Shown: positions 25,086 through 38,114 of the stretch, one piece after another
Layout: the number at the start of each line of letters is the position of its first letter
How positions within the stretch are numbered: the stretch's first letter is position 1
Origin: Hemiscyllium ocellatum
Taxonomy: Eukaryota
DNA length: 64,000 nt
NCBI RefSeq assembly: GCF_020745735.1
Contig: NC_083425.1
Location: 48,037,575 to 48,101,574 of the forward strand
Reading direction: 5' to 3'
Made by a program: the position numbers and the translations under genes
The notes under the pieces: model-generated
What the model saw: the letters and a program-made list of their open reading frames with translations, nothing else
Databases searched by the model: none
Told to the model about the DNA's origin: nothing

Positions 25086-25529
25086 CAGCTCTTTTTTTTA
25101 AATGTCCCTGGATTGGGAACAAACATTGCCCTTGTTTTCCTGTACCGAGAACCCCTGACCGAGAACTCCTCTCCATGGATTTTGAGACCTGGCGATTTGG
25201 GTGAAGTACATACAGCATGTTTGCTGCTAGCACATGGTCCAGGTGTGAGACTGTTGTAGCACATTGCCATAGAGCAGCATGTCCACCCCTTTGACTGATC
25301 ACTGTGAACCAGCATGAGAAACTGCTTGGCTTTGTGTCTGCACTAAAAGGCAAAGCAGAGATGCTGTGGGGATTAAAGTCGGTACAGAGTGAGTGAGCAT
25401 GAGCAGAACAAGTGAGGAGCCCTGAATTACACCCTCATCCAGTCCAAGCCTCCCCTATACACAAAGTGACCTGGCTATAGCAGCACAATGCGAGGTGCCA
25501 GCACACACACCAAAGTGCAGCACGGAAAT

Positions 25530-25752
25530 CAGAATTGTATTGTAAGTGAGGCGGATATGTGCCGTGAGCCTGGGTACGTGTCCAATGCCAACATCTGTGG
25601 ATAGAGCATATGATTGAAAAACGTACAGACCTGTATATAACAATGATAAATTCTGATCTTTGTATGTAAATGTTTACGTGTACATGGCATGACCAACTGT
25701 ACAGACCATCAAATTATTTTAGGAATAAAGTATATTTTTAAATTAAAAAAAA
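25530..25752 (+). mobile_element. 3' end of a poly(A)-tailed L1/Tx1-like element
   Basis: AT-rich 3'UTR ending gaataaagtatatttttaaattaaaaaaaa. Confidence 0.45.
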
Positions 25753-26271
25753 GAAATTGACACCATATTGTTTCTATTGAGTAGGCGGGAGAATGGGGAA
25801 TTGCCTATCAATGAGGTGAGATTAACTCATAATGACACGCTAATGTGTGCAAATAGGCATTTTGCTGCTCTCTAGTGAGATTCTGATCTCACCTTTCAAC
25901 ACTTGATTGGAAACTGGGACTTCTTACTCTTGATGTCAAGAATCTCCTCACTGCCAGTCTTCCATGATTTGTCCAACCTTTATACCAGTGCTGTGTCATT
26001 CAGGGACTCGGAAAGTCTTTTAGTGCAGTGATAGTGCTGCTACCTCTGAGGCAGTAGGTTCAAATCCTACCTGCTGCAGCAATGTGTAATAACAGTTTAG
26101 AACAGCTTAATTCAGAAATATCTGCCCTGCAGACCTACTTTCCAACAAGAAGCTTCCCAATCCCTTCAAATAATCCAAGACATCACCTTTTCCAGGGGTT
26201 TTCCTCGTCGTCTTGTAATTATCAAATCATTTATTTCTATTCCTTTGTAATTTCCGCCTGTATGGGAACCT

Positions 26272-26690
26272 AGGAACATAATAACAGGAGTAGGCCATTC
26301 AGCCCCTCAAGCCTGTTCCACCATTCAATACGATCATGCCTGAACTGTGGCCTACTTCCAATTATCGGCTTTTGGCCAATATCCCTTAGTCCCCGTGCTT
26401 AATAAAAAATTATATATCTCAGATTTTAAAATTAATAACTGATCAAGCACACATTGCCATTTGTGGACAAGAGTTCCAAACCTCAAAGTGCTTCCTAACA
26501 TCTCTCCTGAGTGGTCTGACCCTTATTGTCAAACTCAGCCTGTGGCTCTAGAATCCCCACCCAGTGAAAATAATTTATATTTACCTTATCCTGTCCTTTC
26601 CTGTTATATCTTGATCACCCCTTTAACTTCTAGACATTACAGATCTAATTTGTATAGTCCCTCCTCATAACTTAACCCCTGAAGTCTCCT
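26272..26690 (-). mobile_element. Old CR1-type LINE 3' fragment
   Basis: aggagtaggccattcagccc..ccattcaatacgatcatg, the reverse complement of a CR1 3'UTR. Confidence 0.6.
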
Positions 26691-28879
26691 TGTTTCTTTT
26701 ACTGATGTTCAACTTAACTAGAGCCTAATTGCTTCCAACTCTTCCATGCCTGTCCTAGTTCTACAGGGCACTAAGATATCTCCACAGTTTCCCTTTGCTG
26801 CTGCTAATGTGCCATGACTATTCTTTACTCAGCTTAGTCAAAGTGCATGCCATGTATAATAGATACAAGTGATAGAATAAGACTAAATTCTAAACAAGGC
26901 TTATTCCCTTGAATATAGATGATCTAATTGAGGTTGGTAAAATGATCAAAAGGAGTTTATAGGTTGGCTAGAGAGAAACGATTCTCCCTCATGGGAGAAT
27001 CTAGACAAAGGAGCTATGACCTTGAAACTATGACATGAAAACAGACTTCTGTTCTCAGAGAGAGTAGTGAAATTGTGGATCACCTGCCCTCAAACAGAAC
27101 TGAAGGCTTTATCTACTGCAGATTTCAAACATAGCTTGGTAATTTTTGGTTTATTATTAATGGAGTTGGAACCAAGGTGGGTGGAAGAGTTGCCAAGCAG
27201 ATTAACCACAATCTGATTGAATGGTTGAACAACATTGAGGGGCTGAATGACTTCTTCTTTCACCTACATTTTCATGTTCCTCATGTGTTCTTTGATCATT
27301 TACATGGGTTTATTGTATTTGAAGTAAAGTTGCCTTCCACCGCTGAAGCCTCCACTAAGTTAACCATCAGAAATAGCTTGAACCATCCAGAAGACAACTG
27401 CTCTGGTATGTAAAATCATAAAGTGGTGGCAAAATGGAAAGAAACCATTCAATCCATTGTGTGCAGCACTCTTAAAGGTAGTGCACTGCCAACGGGAGCC
27501 ATTCACTGCCACCTGGGTTTGTTGCAATATTAAAGTCTGCAACCTTAAAAGGCTGATTCATGGCCCTTATTTCATTCAGTAAGATTAAGAATGTCAAAAA
27601 AAACTGCTTTATTTTTACTCAGTGAGCCTTATGCAGTGCATTGGTTTAAAAAAATCTTTTACTTGTCCCCCTTTTACACACAGTCTCATGGCTCCTTATA
27701 AAATACTTCATTCCCCAAAAGGAATTCTATTTGACGATAATAACCATATACTAGAATGGAATGTGTTTGTTTCTATTCTGTAATTTGAGAGGATGTATAT
27801 ATGGTGGTAGTTTTTTATTAACCATGTACTCAGTGAATGTACTGGCAGAACCTTTTCTGGAACATGGGATGTGGAACTAATTAATGTGGAAAGTGTGAGA
27901 TGAGCACTAATTAGATCAAATTCTACTTGTCTATCATAAGTTGTGTTCATTTCAGCATTATTAATAAATTGGGATCTGATTTCACTGAGTTTTGCTCTGT
28001 TTTGTTGTGTTTTATTCAGCTGGTTGCAAATTTTGAAAGGCTTCAAGTAATTCTTCCTTTAAATTCAGTTCCTTAACTTGAGTGAGTTAAGGAATTGAGA
28101 TATGTACTTTATACAAGAATTAAAATCAACCCCCCATGAATTTTGAGTAAAATATTTTGCATTTTACTCAAGCATCTGTTCATCTTGTGCAACACATCGC
28201 TTATTAGTTCAGGTCATCAAAGTTCAATCAAGCGGCTTAGTGTATGGTAATCTGTGCAGTGGAGGATCACTACAACCTCTGTAGTGTGAAATTGACTAAC
28301 ACCTCAGCTTCCAAGGTCTACGATAAAGTAAAGGAAGGTAAAAGAGTTATTTCACCAGAGAACAAACACTCCGTATCCAATGTCTACAGGAATGTAGTTG
28401 ACATAGAGGGGTACAGCATGAAAACAGACCCTTCGGTCCAACTCGTCCATGTCGACCAGATGTTCCAACCCAATCTAGTCCCACCTGCCTGCACACGGCA
28501 TCCAAATGCATCTTAAATATTGCAATTGTACCAGCCTCCACCACTTTCTCTGAGAGAATAAGTAACTGATCATGCGTACCTATTAATAAATGCTGAAGTG
28601 AGTCTTTTGACCATGAGTCACAGAGCGAATAAAAAATATGCTTCCACAAATCAACCCTGAATAACCCCTTTCTTTTTATTGGCTGTTTTACCCAATCAAC
28701 ATTCCCTTCAGTGATATCCTTAGTATTTGACTAGGGCACTTCATGAACAAAGAGGTCCTGTGCTGCAATGATAAAGTTGCTACCCCTAAATTAAGAGGCC
28801 CAGGTTCAGGTCTCTTGTCCCAGGGGGCAAGCATTGACCAGGTTGATTAAAATAAATCTAGTCTGTATAAATAAGTACG

Positions 28880-29011
28880 CAGGCAAAAGTGAGGACTGCA
28901 GATGCTGGAAATCACAGTCTAGATTAGAGTGGTGCTGGAAAAGCACAGCAGTTCAGGCAGCATCCGAGGAGTAGGAAAATCGACGTTTTGGGCAAAAGCC
29001 CTTCATCAGGA
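28880..29011 (-). mobile_element. Short PLE terminus (HHR G12 mutated)
   Basis: aggcaaaagtgaggactgcag...cgacgttttgggcaaaagcccttcatcagg. Confidence 0.75.
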
Positions 29012-29610
29012 GTGAAGCATGCCTCTAAGTAAGCATGCAGTCTGTTTAACGTAATGATCACACATTGTCTGACCCCCCTGAGCGTCATGCTTTGACCTTT
29101 GCCTGAGAAAGCAATCGAGACTCACACTGTGCTGTCAAGAGATTACGCCAAGGCTGAGTCTGTCAGTCCTGGCAATTCAACAGGATGCCACAGCATCATC
29201 TAATGAACACCTTGGATGCTTCCACTGGTATTCTGGCCAATATTCCTCCCTCAGCCAACTTCATCAAAAGAAAAATACTTCACAGAGCTGTCCAATTATT
29301 CTGGTGCTGTGGCTGGAACCTTCAAATGAAGCCTACAAATTTCTAGCTGGCTTTGCTTCTTTGACAGTGGCTCGAGTGTAGATTTTACAAAACTATGATG
29401 TTTCTGGGAAGCCACAGCAATTGCTCTATTAACATACTTCCTTGTTTCAAGAATCCTCTGTCTTAATTCAAACCTAATCTTTGATTCCATCATTGCATTC
29501 TGTTTCCATTATAATGCCCTCACCACCCTCCACTCCCACCCCCACCCCCAACCCGGCTTAAATCACAGAATTGCTACAAGTGTAATAAGAGGCCATTTGG
29601 TCCCTCATGT

Positions 29611-30579
29611 TGGTTCTGGGTCCCTTCTGTTTGTCATTTATGTAAATGATTTGGGTGAGAATATGGAAGGCAGAGTTAGTAGGTTTGCGGATGACATCAA
29701 AATTGGTGATGGCGTAGACAGTGAGGAAGTTTTCTAAGATTACAGACTGATCTTGATCAAACAGGTCAATGGTCTGAAAAATGGCAGGTAGAGTTCAGTC
29801 TGGATAAATAGAAGGTATTGCATTTTGGTACAACAAACAGGGACAGGACTTATGCAATTAATGGTAGGGCCTTGGGTTGTGTTGTAGGACAGAGGGATCT
29901 CGGGGTTCAGGTACATAATTCTTTAAAGTTTGTGTCATATATGGACAGGGTGATTAAAAAGGCATTTAGCATGCTTGCCTTCATTGCTCAGTCCTTTGAG
30001 TATAGGGGTTCAAACGTCATGTTGAGGTTGTTCAGCACATTGGTGAGGCCTCTTCTGGAGTACTGTGTCCAGCTCCGGTTGCCCTGTTATAGAAATGACA
30101 TTATTAAGCTGGAGAGGGTTCGGAAGAGACATACTGGTATGTTGCTGCGTATGGAAGATTTGAGTTATAAGGAAAGCTTGGATAGGCTGGGACTTTCTTC
30201 ACTGGAAGGTGACTTTATAGAGGTTTATAAAGTCATGAGGGACATAGATAGGGTTAAAGGTAGTTGTCTTTTCCCAAGGGTGGGGGATTTCAAGACTAGG
30301 GGACACATTTTTAAGCTGAGAGAAGAGAGCTTTTAAAAAGACATAAGGGGCAATTTATTTACACAGAGACTGGGTTTGTGTGTGAAATAAACTTCCAGTG
30401 GAAGTGATGGATGTGGGTACAGTTACAATGTTAAAAGGTATTTGGATAAAGACATGATGAGGAAAGGTTTGGAGGGGTGTGGGCCAAGAGTAGGCAGGTG
30501 GGACTAGTTTAGTTTGGGATTATGGTTGACATGGACTGATTGGACCGAAGGGTCTGTTTCTGTGTTGTATGACTCTATG
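29611..30579 (+). mobile_element. CR1 LINE 3' fragment
   Basis: FADD motif near 29685; ORF 29818-30336 (LVRPLLEYCVQ, IKLERV); tail tgtatgactctatg. Confidence 0.92.
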
Positions 30580-31957
30580 TCAGCACTGGTTCTCTGGGTG
30601 TTTTAACTTAGTGTCAGTCTCTAACCTGCATGTTGTTTCTATCTAAATAACCACGCAATCCCTCAGGACTGCTTCAATTGAACCTGCCTCCACCACATTT
30701 CCAACTACTCACTACATGAAAAAGTTCCTTTTACTCTCGCCTTTATTTCTTTTGTCAAACACATTAAAACGATGCCCTGTGGTTCTCGATCGGTTTAGGA
30801 GTGGAAACAGTTTCACCCTCTACCTGTGATCCTGAAAGCTTATCAGATTTCCTCTTGGCCTTCTATTCTCTAGAGAAAACTGTTGCAAGTTCTCCTGCCT
30901 TCCCTTATTTTTAACTAAATTTTAAATCATACCTGGTGGTACAATCAGAGGAGAGTTTAGCATGGACTCAGTGGACCAAATGGCTTCCTTCTGTGCTATA
31001 ATGGCTCTGTATTCAATTGCTGTGTATAGGACCTGATATTGAGAGGAAGGCAGAGATGGTGCAGTGGACGAACAGAAATATTATGGAGGTGCAGCTGGAC
31101 TGGTGCGAGAAGGGCTTGTGAATCCAGGCCCTGATGAATTCCCCAACAGAAGCTCAAGGTTTAATAATTTTATTCCAGTTTCTCATTATGTTGCCAGTCA
31201 ACACGATGTTCCAGAGGGAGAGCCAGTGGCAGGAGGTGGCAAGCCTTGGGGATAATCTTCCACAGTGGTCAGACAGACGAAGGTTAGAGATTAGGGCTGG
31301 GTGTGTTAGAAGGTCAAAAGTTTGCACTAGTGAGATGGGGGAAAGGCATGGGTGGTGCTTGCCAGGGCTCAGGGGCACCAGTTAAAGAAGGATCTGGAGG
31401 GGGTGGCAGTCCGCAGAAGGGAGATTGACTGAAGGCCTGCCTTTTAGTTCTGGGAGAGAAACCCCAGCTCCTCCCAACCCACAAGCAGTGCTCTGAAGGC
31501 CACTTGCCTTCTAGAATGGGCATCCCCTCTACCATTTTGCTGCAAGGTTTTTATCACTCTGAGATTCTGACTCGCGATTGTTAAGTTTAAATCACATTCC
31601 CATCTGTACTGTGGGAGATTGATATAATATGGCAGTGAAATGGGACATCTATAGAGCTCGAAATCGACTGGGGCAAAAATGGCAACAAGGGCTGTGAGGT
31701 ATATCAGTGATCAAGGATTGGGTGTAATCCCCAACCTCATCTACATCTATTGTATGAGGTTTACAACTGAGGCTATCCATCGGATTTAATCTGTGAGCAG
31801 ACATATCTTGATTTTTTCTATTCTACATGAGTTCCTGACAATTTAGAGGTGCAGAACTCACAGAAGTGAATATTCATATGAGCCAATCAGAAAACATAAT
31901 TGAGTACAGTCTGTCCCATTGCACTACGATAGACCCTCGTGACAATCCAATGTTCAA

Positions 31958-33335
31958 ATCATAGAATCATAGTCATAGAGTCCTACAGCACAGGGACACG
32001 CCCTTTGCTTCAAACGGGTTCAAACCAAAATGTCCATACACGCTAACCCCATTTCCCTGCACTTGGCCCAAGTCCTTCTAAACCTTTCTTATCTATGTAT
32101 TTATCCAAATGCCTTTTAAATATTGTTAATGTACCTGCCTCAACCACTTCTGCAGGCAACTTATTCTATATGCATACCACCCTCTATTTAAAAAAGTTGC
32201 CCCTCAGGTTCCCTTTTATTCTTTCTCCTCAAATTTAAATTGATGCTCTCTGGTCCTTGATTCCCCAACCTGGGAAAACGATTGCGTGCATTCACCCTAC
32301 CCGTGCCTCTCATGATCTTATACACTCAGACCCCCCTCAGTCTCCTACTGTCTAAAGAAAACAATCCTAGCTTGTCCAACCTCTCCCTATAACTCAGACC
32401 ATTGAGACCTGGCAACATTCCTGTAAATTTCTTCTGCACTCTTTCCAGTTTAATCGCATCATTCCTAGAGCAAGGTGACCAAAACTGAACACAATATCCA
32501 AGTTGGCCTCACCAATGTGTGGTACAACTGCAACATAACTTCCCAACTTCTGTGCCGTGACTGATGAAGACCAGTGTGCCGGGGGTGGCGCGGTGGCAGT
32601 GGGCTGCACGGTGGCAGAGGGTGGCATGGTGGCACAGTGGTTAGTACTGCTGCCTCACAGCGCCAGAGATCCGGGTTCAATTCCCGCCTCAAGCGACTGA
32701 CTGTGTGGAGTTTGCACATTCTCCCCGTGTCTGCGTGGGTTTCCTCTGGGTGTTCCGGTTTCTTCACACAGTCCAAAAGATGTGCAGGTTAAGTGAATTG
32801 GCCATGCCAAGTTGCCAGTAGTGTTAGGTGCAGGGGTAAATGCAGGGGAATAGGTCTGGGTGGGTTGCGCTTCGACAGGTCGGTGTGGACTTGTTGGGCC
32901 GAAGGGCCTGTTTCCACACTGTAAATAATCTAATCTAACCTAATCTAAAAAGCCACCTTCACTGCCCTGTCTCCACTTTCAGAGAAATTTGAACTTAAAC
33001 TCCAAATTCTCTCTCTTCCACTTCACTCCTCAAGCCCTAGCATTCACCATGAAACTCCTACCTTGATTTGATTTCCAAAATGCAAGACACTTATCTACAT
33101 TAAATTCCATTTGCTATTTCTCAGTCCATTTTACCAGCTGATCAAGGCCCTACTGCAATTTCTAATAACCTGTCCATGATACCACCTATTTTAGTGTCAT
33201 CTGCAAACTTACTAATCATGCCTTGTACATTCTCATTCCAAATCATTGATATAGATAACAAACAGCAATGACCTCTGAGATACTCCACTAGTGACAAGCA
33301 ACCTTCCACCAATACTCTCTGCTTCCTATTATCAA
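31958..33335 (-). mobile_element. CR1 LINE 3' fragment interrupted by an HE1 SINE
   Basis: atcatagaatcatagtcatagag tail; gtgtcatctgcaaactt (KFADD) near 33195; CR1 sequence continues on both sides of the SINE. Confidence 0.9.
32581..32948 (+). mobile_element. HE1-type V-SINE with triplicated 5' end
   Basis: Three 18-nt head copies, then a full SINE ending (TAATC)n. Confidence 0.93.
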
Positions 33336-33629
33336 TATTGCCAGCACAAGCTTTTTCACATTAGATGCTTTTCATGTTTATCCTCTTGACCCACCACCCC
33401 AACCTCACTGTCATTAGTGCTTCTGAAACCATCATGCTGACACTCAGCTCACAGCAGGATCTGTTAGTGGAGCCAGCAGGAGCAGTCAATACCCTGCATT
33501 GGTGAATGACGCTCCCAATTCTCAACCCTCTCTGACACATTCATCCAGCACCAAAGTCCAATGCCTATGTGGTAATAATGGATTCAATATCTACTGCACT
33601 ATGGAGTACAGTTGTAATTGTTATAATGC

Positions 33630-33935
33630 AGAGGCCATTCAGCCCATTGATACTGCACCAATCCTCCAAAGGGCATCCTGCTCAGCTCCATCCATCCCTG
33701 TAACCCCACATTTCCCATGGTTAATCCATCTAGCCTATGCAATCCAGGATAACTATGGGAAAATTTAGAATGGCCAATCCACCTTACCTGCACATCTTTG
33801 GACTGTCGGAGGAAGCTAAGGAGACAGGGAGAGAATGTGCAAACTCCACAAAGACAGTCACAGAAGGGTGGAATCGAATCTGAGTCCCTAGTGCTGTGAA
33901 TCAGCACTGCTAACCACAGAGCCACCCTGACACCC
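33630..33935 (-). mobile_element. HE1-type V-SINE (diverged)
   Basis: cacatctttggactgt..agaatgtgcaaactccaca..gctaaccac. Confidence 0.85.
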
Positions 33936-34031
33936 CCATTAAAGGGACCATTCTCCAATCTTTCCCTTGAATACCTCTAGTTGGCTGGCGAGAGCTTGCA
34001 CCAGCCTCTCAAGGGGAGGTGATAGTTTGGT

Positions 34032-34301
34032 GGCGGCACGGTGGCACAGTGGTTAGCACTGCTGCCTCACAGCGCCTGAGACCTGGGTTCAATTCCCGCC
34101 TCAGGCGACTGACTGTGTGGAGTTTGCACGTTCTCCCTGTGTCTGCGTGGGTTTCCTCCGGGTGCTCCAGTTTCCGGCCATGCTAAATTGCCCGTAGTGT
34201 GAGGTAAGGGGTAAATGTAGGAGTATGGGTGAGTTGTGGGCCGGTGTGGACTTGTTGGGCCGAAGGGCCTGTTTCCACACTGTAAGTAATCTAATCTAAT
34301 C
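34032..34301 (+). mobile_element. Young HE1 SINE with internal deletions, nested in a Deu-domain SINE (34012-34520)
   Basis: ggcggcacggtggcacagtgg head, tail gtaagtaatctaatctaatc; the flanks join into gggaggtgat../..ggaaatctg..ccttgccagg..ctacatg..ttgactcttaa. Confidence 0.88.
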
Positions 34302-34608
34302 ACTGGAACAGTCATCCAGGTAGGGCAGGTTCAAATTTTTTCTGAGATTTAAAACTCAGTTAATTAATAAGTCAGGAATCAAAAGCTCATCTCAATAATG
34401 GTGAGAGGGAGGCGATTAATTGGATCACTAATAGGAAAGGAAATCTGTTTTCCTTGCCAGGTTAGGCTACATGAGAAGCCAGGCCTGCAGTATCATGATT
34501 GACTCTTAAACATTTCAGTCAGTCAGTTGTTCCACACAGCTACAGAGATGTCATAGTATTCTGGGGTACTGTGTACTCCTGCAACTGATGATGGTGTTGG
34601 ACTCAGGT

Positions 34609-34774
34609 GGACAATTTCAGTAGTCACATGATACCAGGTTACAGTCCAACAAGTTTATTTTAAATCATAAGTTTTCAGAGTATTGCTGGCGAAGAAGCAA
34701 CACCCTGAAAGCTTGTGATTTCAAATAACGTTGTTGGACTGTAACCTGGTATCGTATGATTTCTGAAATTGTCC
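34609..34774. mobile_element. Fold-back PLE terminus family 2 (decayed)
   Basis: ggacaatttcag..ataccaggttacagtccaaca is the reverse complement of tgttggactgtaacctggtat..ctgaaattgtcc. Confidence 0.7.
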
Positions 34775-37319
34775 TGCAACTGAAACAGTGATCCATCACC
34801 ATCTTCTTGAGGCCAGTTCAGAGAGTGACCTACAGCCAGAAACATTTCCAACCCGTGAAGGAATTGCTGAAAAGCTGTTGATTGCTGTGTAATTACCAGC
34901 ATTCAGACAGTGCCACAAAACGTGTTCGATGCCTAGACCCCTTTTCACCCCACTCCAACAACTGACAATATATTGGGTCAAAGATTCAATTCATTGACAT
35001 GAGATTAAAAATAAGGTGAGATTCTCCCAATCTGAGGAGACATTGCAAATGAGACACACTATAGTTTTTCAGGGTCTGAACAGAAGTTCAATCTTTAACG
35101 TGTCTGTCGAAAACCTACTGCAGACGTTGTGCTGATGAACTAGTTAACTGAATTCTTCAACTGCATGGCAGAACATTCAATCTACAAGAACTGAGAGAAG
35201 CCAGTGATGTATTCAAATGGAACATCTGCACCAAAATAACATCAAATGCAAAACTAGTGCAGATGTTTGTTAACTGGAAACACTACCTTTGGAACAAAAT
35301 GATTGGCATGACATAAAGTTGTTTGCCATAAGCAGCACGCACCCTTTCCCATCGTCTTCAAGGACGGTTTACAGCAGTGTAGTTTGGCTTAGGAACTCTG
35401 TGAAATAAGGTCAGGGTTCAATGCTTCAAGTTAGTATGCATTGAATAGATGTAGTTTTTTTTTCCCCAAGAAGAAGGTCACTTATCAATGCTCTCTGCTT
35501 CTTTGTGCAACGTCAGCTCACTTCAGTGAGCCATCTCCTCTCTGCAAAACTTTCACAAAGTTTGAGCAAAAGGCATTGCAAAATTGTGTAATGGAGATTT
35601 TCTATCACAAAGCATTGCATCCTGTCAGAACAAAGCAGGCAGTAAAGTGGAGGGCCATTATTCCATCAACTATTGCTGCCACAGAAATCATCTTCATCAT
35701 CAACTTGACATGAAAGCAATAATAGTAGGAACCCATTACATTTTGATTTAGAGATTTATATGTGTGTATGTATATATATATGTATATACACTAATTGAGT
35801 GTTTGATGGAATGGCTTTAACAATCTATAAAGAACCAGAGTGACAGCAGTGTAATGGGTATTGATTTCGCAATTAGTGATCCATTAGCTCTTTGTTGAAA
35901 CCCCTTCGGAGAAGACATCATTCCTGAAAACAAGTTTGGTGCTCATTAGGATAACAAATGGATGCCCTGGATATGTGTCTGTTGCCTCATTTCCAGGCAC
36001 TGTGCAGAATTTGTAAGCCTTACATAGCACGGGACAGCAACAATGTTGAACACGTTGCTCAATCCTGGCAAATCTCCGCCGAGTCAACTCTCTACATGTT
36101 ACCACTGTCCCTTTAATTTACTCTATCATCACTTAACAATGCTGAGATCTTGGGTTATGTTTTCACAGGGCCAAATTGCCAAAGGAGTCAGACATCATTT
36201 CTGAGCCCGTGAGGAGGCAGATTTCTGGTCATCAGTGGCACATCTATATGTGTACATAACCAATTACTGGCCAGTTGTTAGCATGTTCGAGGTGGACTCA
36301 CCTTTTATTTGGTACATCTCTAGTTCAGAGGCATGAGGTCAATTGTAACAGCACAGTATAAACCAAGGATTAACCACAGCACCTTGTACATTAGAAATAA
36401 AACAAAATATTCAGGCAATCTGAAATGGAAACAGGATTTGCTGGAAAAATCACAGTTGATGTGGCAGCATCATGCAGAGAGAAATAGAGTTAATGGCGAA
36501 ATCAAGTTAATATATTGTGCAAGCTAGTTTGATTAGCCATGGGGAATGCAGGGTTACTGTGATAAGGTTGGGGGTGGAGGTTCTGAGTAGCATGCTCTTC
36601 AGAGGATGAATGTGGACTGGATGGGCGGAATAGCCTGCTTCCACACTGTGGGGATTGTATGGTTCTATGTTGCATCCAAAATGATTCTTTTCATGAGCTG
36701 TTATTTCTGAGGAATATCTGTACGATTCTTAATACATTAGCTCTTTTTCTCTGCGCATTAATACTGCCAGACCCACTGAGTTTCTCCATGTCCTACATCG
36801 GCTCGGTTCATTTCAGAAAGGAACCACTACTTACGAACAGGGCCTCAGAGAGGGAGTGCCTACCAAGCCCCACATGACCTTGTGCCTTCTCCCCCAGAAC
36901 ATGCTCAGATTCAATCCATTTAGACCCAGTCCTGAGGCTCCACAGCTGTTGGACACACAGTTTCCTCATCCCACATGGTACTCTCTGCAGTTGGCAGAGA
37001 CACCCCTTCCCCCCTGCTCTGAGGTATGAGATTTCCCACTGTCCAGGTCTAAGGCTAGCTCTGCCAAGTGAGTGCACAATCGCTCAATGGATGGGAAAAC
37101 TCCTTTGGCCTGGTTTAATTCACCAATTCAGACAGTCCCTGCCTTACTGTTCTCTGAATCATTTGGAATCATCATTGCCACTGCTCTATCTATCAGCCTA
37201 TTCAATATGTTCATCACTCTGTAATGACAGAATCAATCTGAAAGAAATTGCCAAATTTGCATTTTACGAGTCAGAAACAATGTTGCTTTGTTCGGGACTC
37301 AATTTAATTTGAAGTAATC

Positions 37320-37700
37320 ATAGAATATAGACCATTGAACAGTACAACACAGAAATGGACTCTTCAGCCCATCATATTGTGCCAGACATGACGCCAAATT
37401 AAACTAATCCCTTCCATTGCCCTTGGTCCATCCCCTCTAATCCTTGCATATTCATGTGCTTACCTGTAAGTCCTTAAATGGCCCTATCATATCTGCCTCC
37501 ACCATCACACCTGGCAGCTCATTGCAGGAGCCTCCCATTCTCTGTATAAAAGACTTGCTCCTCACATCTTACTCGAACTTTTCCCCTCTCGCCTTAAATG
37601 CATGTCCCCTACTATTATGCATTCCAACTCTAGGAAAGAAGATTTTGACCTTTCACCCTACCTATGCATCTCATAATTTTATGGGCTTCTATCAATCATC
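37320..37700 (-). mobile_element. Old CR1 3' fragment
   Basis: catagaa..acagtacaacacag..gcctccaccatcac..ctggcagc, the reverse complement of a CR1 3' end. Confidence 0.65.
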
Positions 37701-37749
37701 CACTTTTGGCTTTTTCATTTCTTTGCCTGCCTTACTTAGAATGATTTAG

Positions 37750-37902
37750 TGAAAGTGAGGACTGCAGATACTGAAGATTAGAGTCAAGATTAAAATGATG
37801 CTGGAAAATTGACGCTTTGGGCAAAAGCCCTTCATCAGGTTCCTGCTCCTCAGATGCTGCCTGACCTGCTGTGCTTTTCCAGCACCACTCTAAACTTAAC
37901 TC
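37750..37902. mobile_element. Fold-back PLE terminus with deletions
   Basis: Antisense half ending gcccttcatcagg joined to the sense half ttcctgctcctcagatgctgcctgacc. Confidence 0.7.
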
Positions 37903-38114
37903 TTATTAGAAAGACAACAATATCTTGGATACCCTGATAAATTCTATTAATTTCTACTTTTTTATAAAACCCAATTCTTTACAGCTTTTACTCACCACTC
38001 CAGTCTTTAAACTATGAATCAGGACCATGTCTATACTCTGCACTGCCTTCACTCGCTGAATATATCTTTTGCTTATTAACAACCAGTACCACACTCAATC
38101 CTCAGTGCCCTGAT

